DNA of 33,500 nucleotides from NCBI RefSeq assembly GCF_001194135.2, contig NC_068982.1, positions 185,912,752-185,946,251 on the forward strand, given 5' to 3'. The stretch is from Octopus bimaculoides (lineage: Eukaryota). A model generated the notes under the pieces. It was given only the letters and a program-made list of their open reading frames with translations, did no database searches and was not told where the DNA came from. Shown here piece by piece: positions 32,405 through 33,500 of the stretch. Each line of letters starts with the position of its first letter. The first letter of the stretch is position 1. The position numbers were made by a program, and so were the translations under genes.

Positions 32405-32449
32405 CTGAAAAGGAGAAAAAAATAGTGCACACCTATTTAGCAAAGTACA

Positions 32450-32468
32450 TGTGCACCTACCTACCTGC

Positions 32469-32535
<67 letters not shown>

Positions 32536-32787
32536 ACTATCTATCTATCTAACTATATATATATATACATACATGCATACATACATACATANNNNNNNNN
32601 NNNNNNNNNNNNNNNNNNNNNNNNNNNNNNNNNNNNNNNNNNNNNNNNNNNNNNNNNNNNNNNNNNNNNNNNNNNNNNNNNNNNNNNNNNNNNNNNNNNN
32701 NNNNNNNNNNNNNNNNNNNNNNNNNNNNNNNNNNNNNNNNNNNNNNNNNNNNNNNNNNNNNNNNNNNNNNNNNNNNNNNNNNNNNNN

Positions 32788-32831
<44 letters not shown>
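32450..32831. repeat. (CTAT)n/(CATA)n and (GA)n microsatellites around gap 32592-32787
   Basis: Direct reading. Confidence 0.95.
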
Positions 32832-32832
<1 letters not shown>

Positions 32833-33289
32833 CCGATAAAACAGATGAACAGACCGAGACAGAGCGAGATAGCGAGTGTCAGAGGGAGTATGTCATACAG
32901 TAAGAACAGCTTAAGAAACAGGCTGACTGATATAAGTGTGAATGTAGGGGAAACGATTTCCTTAAATCTCATTCACAGCTGGTGGGCTCGACAAGTAGAT
33001 TTAGTATGATGTGGCTAGATGTCTTATATATAAACGTCAAAAGATGTGTCGTCAATTCCGCCATCGCCATCGTCACCTTCTTTGTCTCCAACGTATTTCA
33101 TTACACTGCTCGACGTATCTATATATGTGACACGGTGCCGTCTATTACCGCTTCAACTCTTTTTTCTTGTCATCATCTTCGAAAACTGACAATTGCATCT
33201 GCTCGCATGCTCCCCAAACACCCCACCCCCCGCCAACACACACACACACATTTACATACATCCATACTTTTGTAGAGGGGACTGACACC

Positions 33290-33430
33290 TCCGCACGTGA
33301 CTGTCAGTGGACTGGGTGAGTGTTATAAATTAATGAGCCAGTGGACAGTTGAGGTCGAACTGCGAGAGCGTTAGTCTCGTTATTGATTCGGCGTTGGCGT
33401 TTTGGATTGTTGTCGTGCGAACGGTTACAA
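33290..33430 (+). promoter_or_regulatory. Possible promoter-like island
   Basis: CACGTG at 33294-33299, TATAAAT at 33324-33330, CpG-rich unique sequence downstream. Motif-level evidence only. Confidence 0.15.
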
Positions 33431-33500
33431 CAAGATAACCAACTTTAGTGACTTTGCTTATTGTTATACGGTTATATTTGGTACTGTGATATATTGTTAC

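Overview
Eukaryotic, AT-rich, draft-assembly genomic DNA with many N gaps (roughly a quarter of the window) and an extreme density of di-, tri- and tetranucleotide microsatellites. The SINE families and repeat landscape look like those of an octopus/cephalopod genome; this is inference from recall, not a database result. No complete protein-coding gene, rRNA, true tRNA or CRISPR array is supported. Essentially all long ORFs in the supplied track are artefacts of microsatellites or of N runs read as X. What can be supported is a mosaic of mobile elements: (i) about 15 copies or fragments of three tRNA-derived SINE families, called A, B and C here; (ii) a full-length but decayed mariner with intact TIRs (12896-14290); (iii) pogo-, Tc1- and hAT-type MITEs; (iv) CR1/L2-type and Dong/R4-type LINE 3' fragments; (v) a 518-bp element sitting in an (ATT)n tract. 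The most interesting signals are three. First, two diverged, covarying minimal type I hammerhead-ribozyme motifs lie tail-to-tail around a (TA)n tract (20821-20857 on +, 21465-21501 on -); one has a non-canonical CUGUUGA core. Second, a recurrent SINE-B dimer has an identical internal junction at two loci, and at one locus both halves share private mutations. Third, two exon candidates fall below the ORF-track cut-off (4557-4717 on +, 32320-32404 on -).
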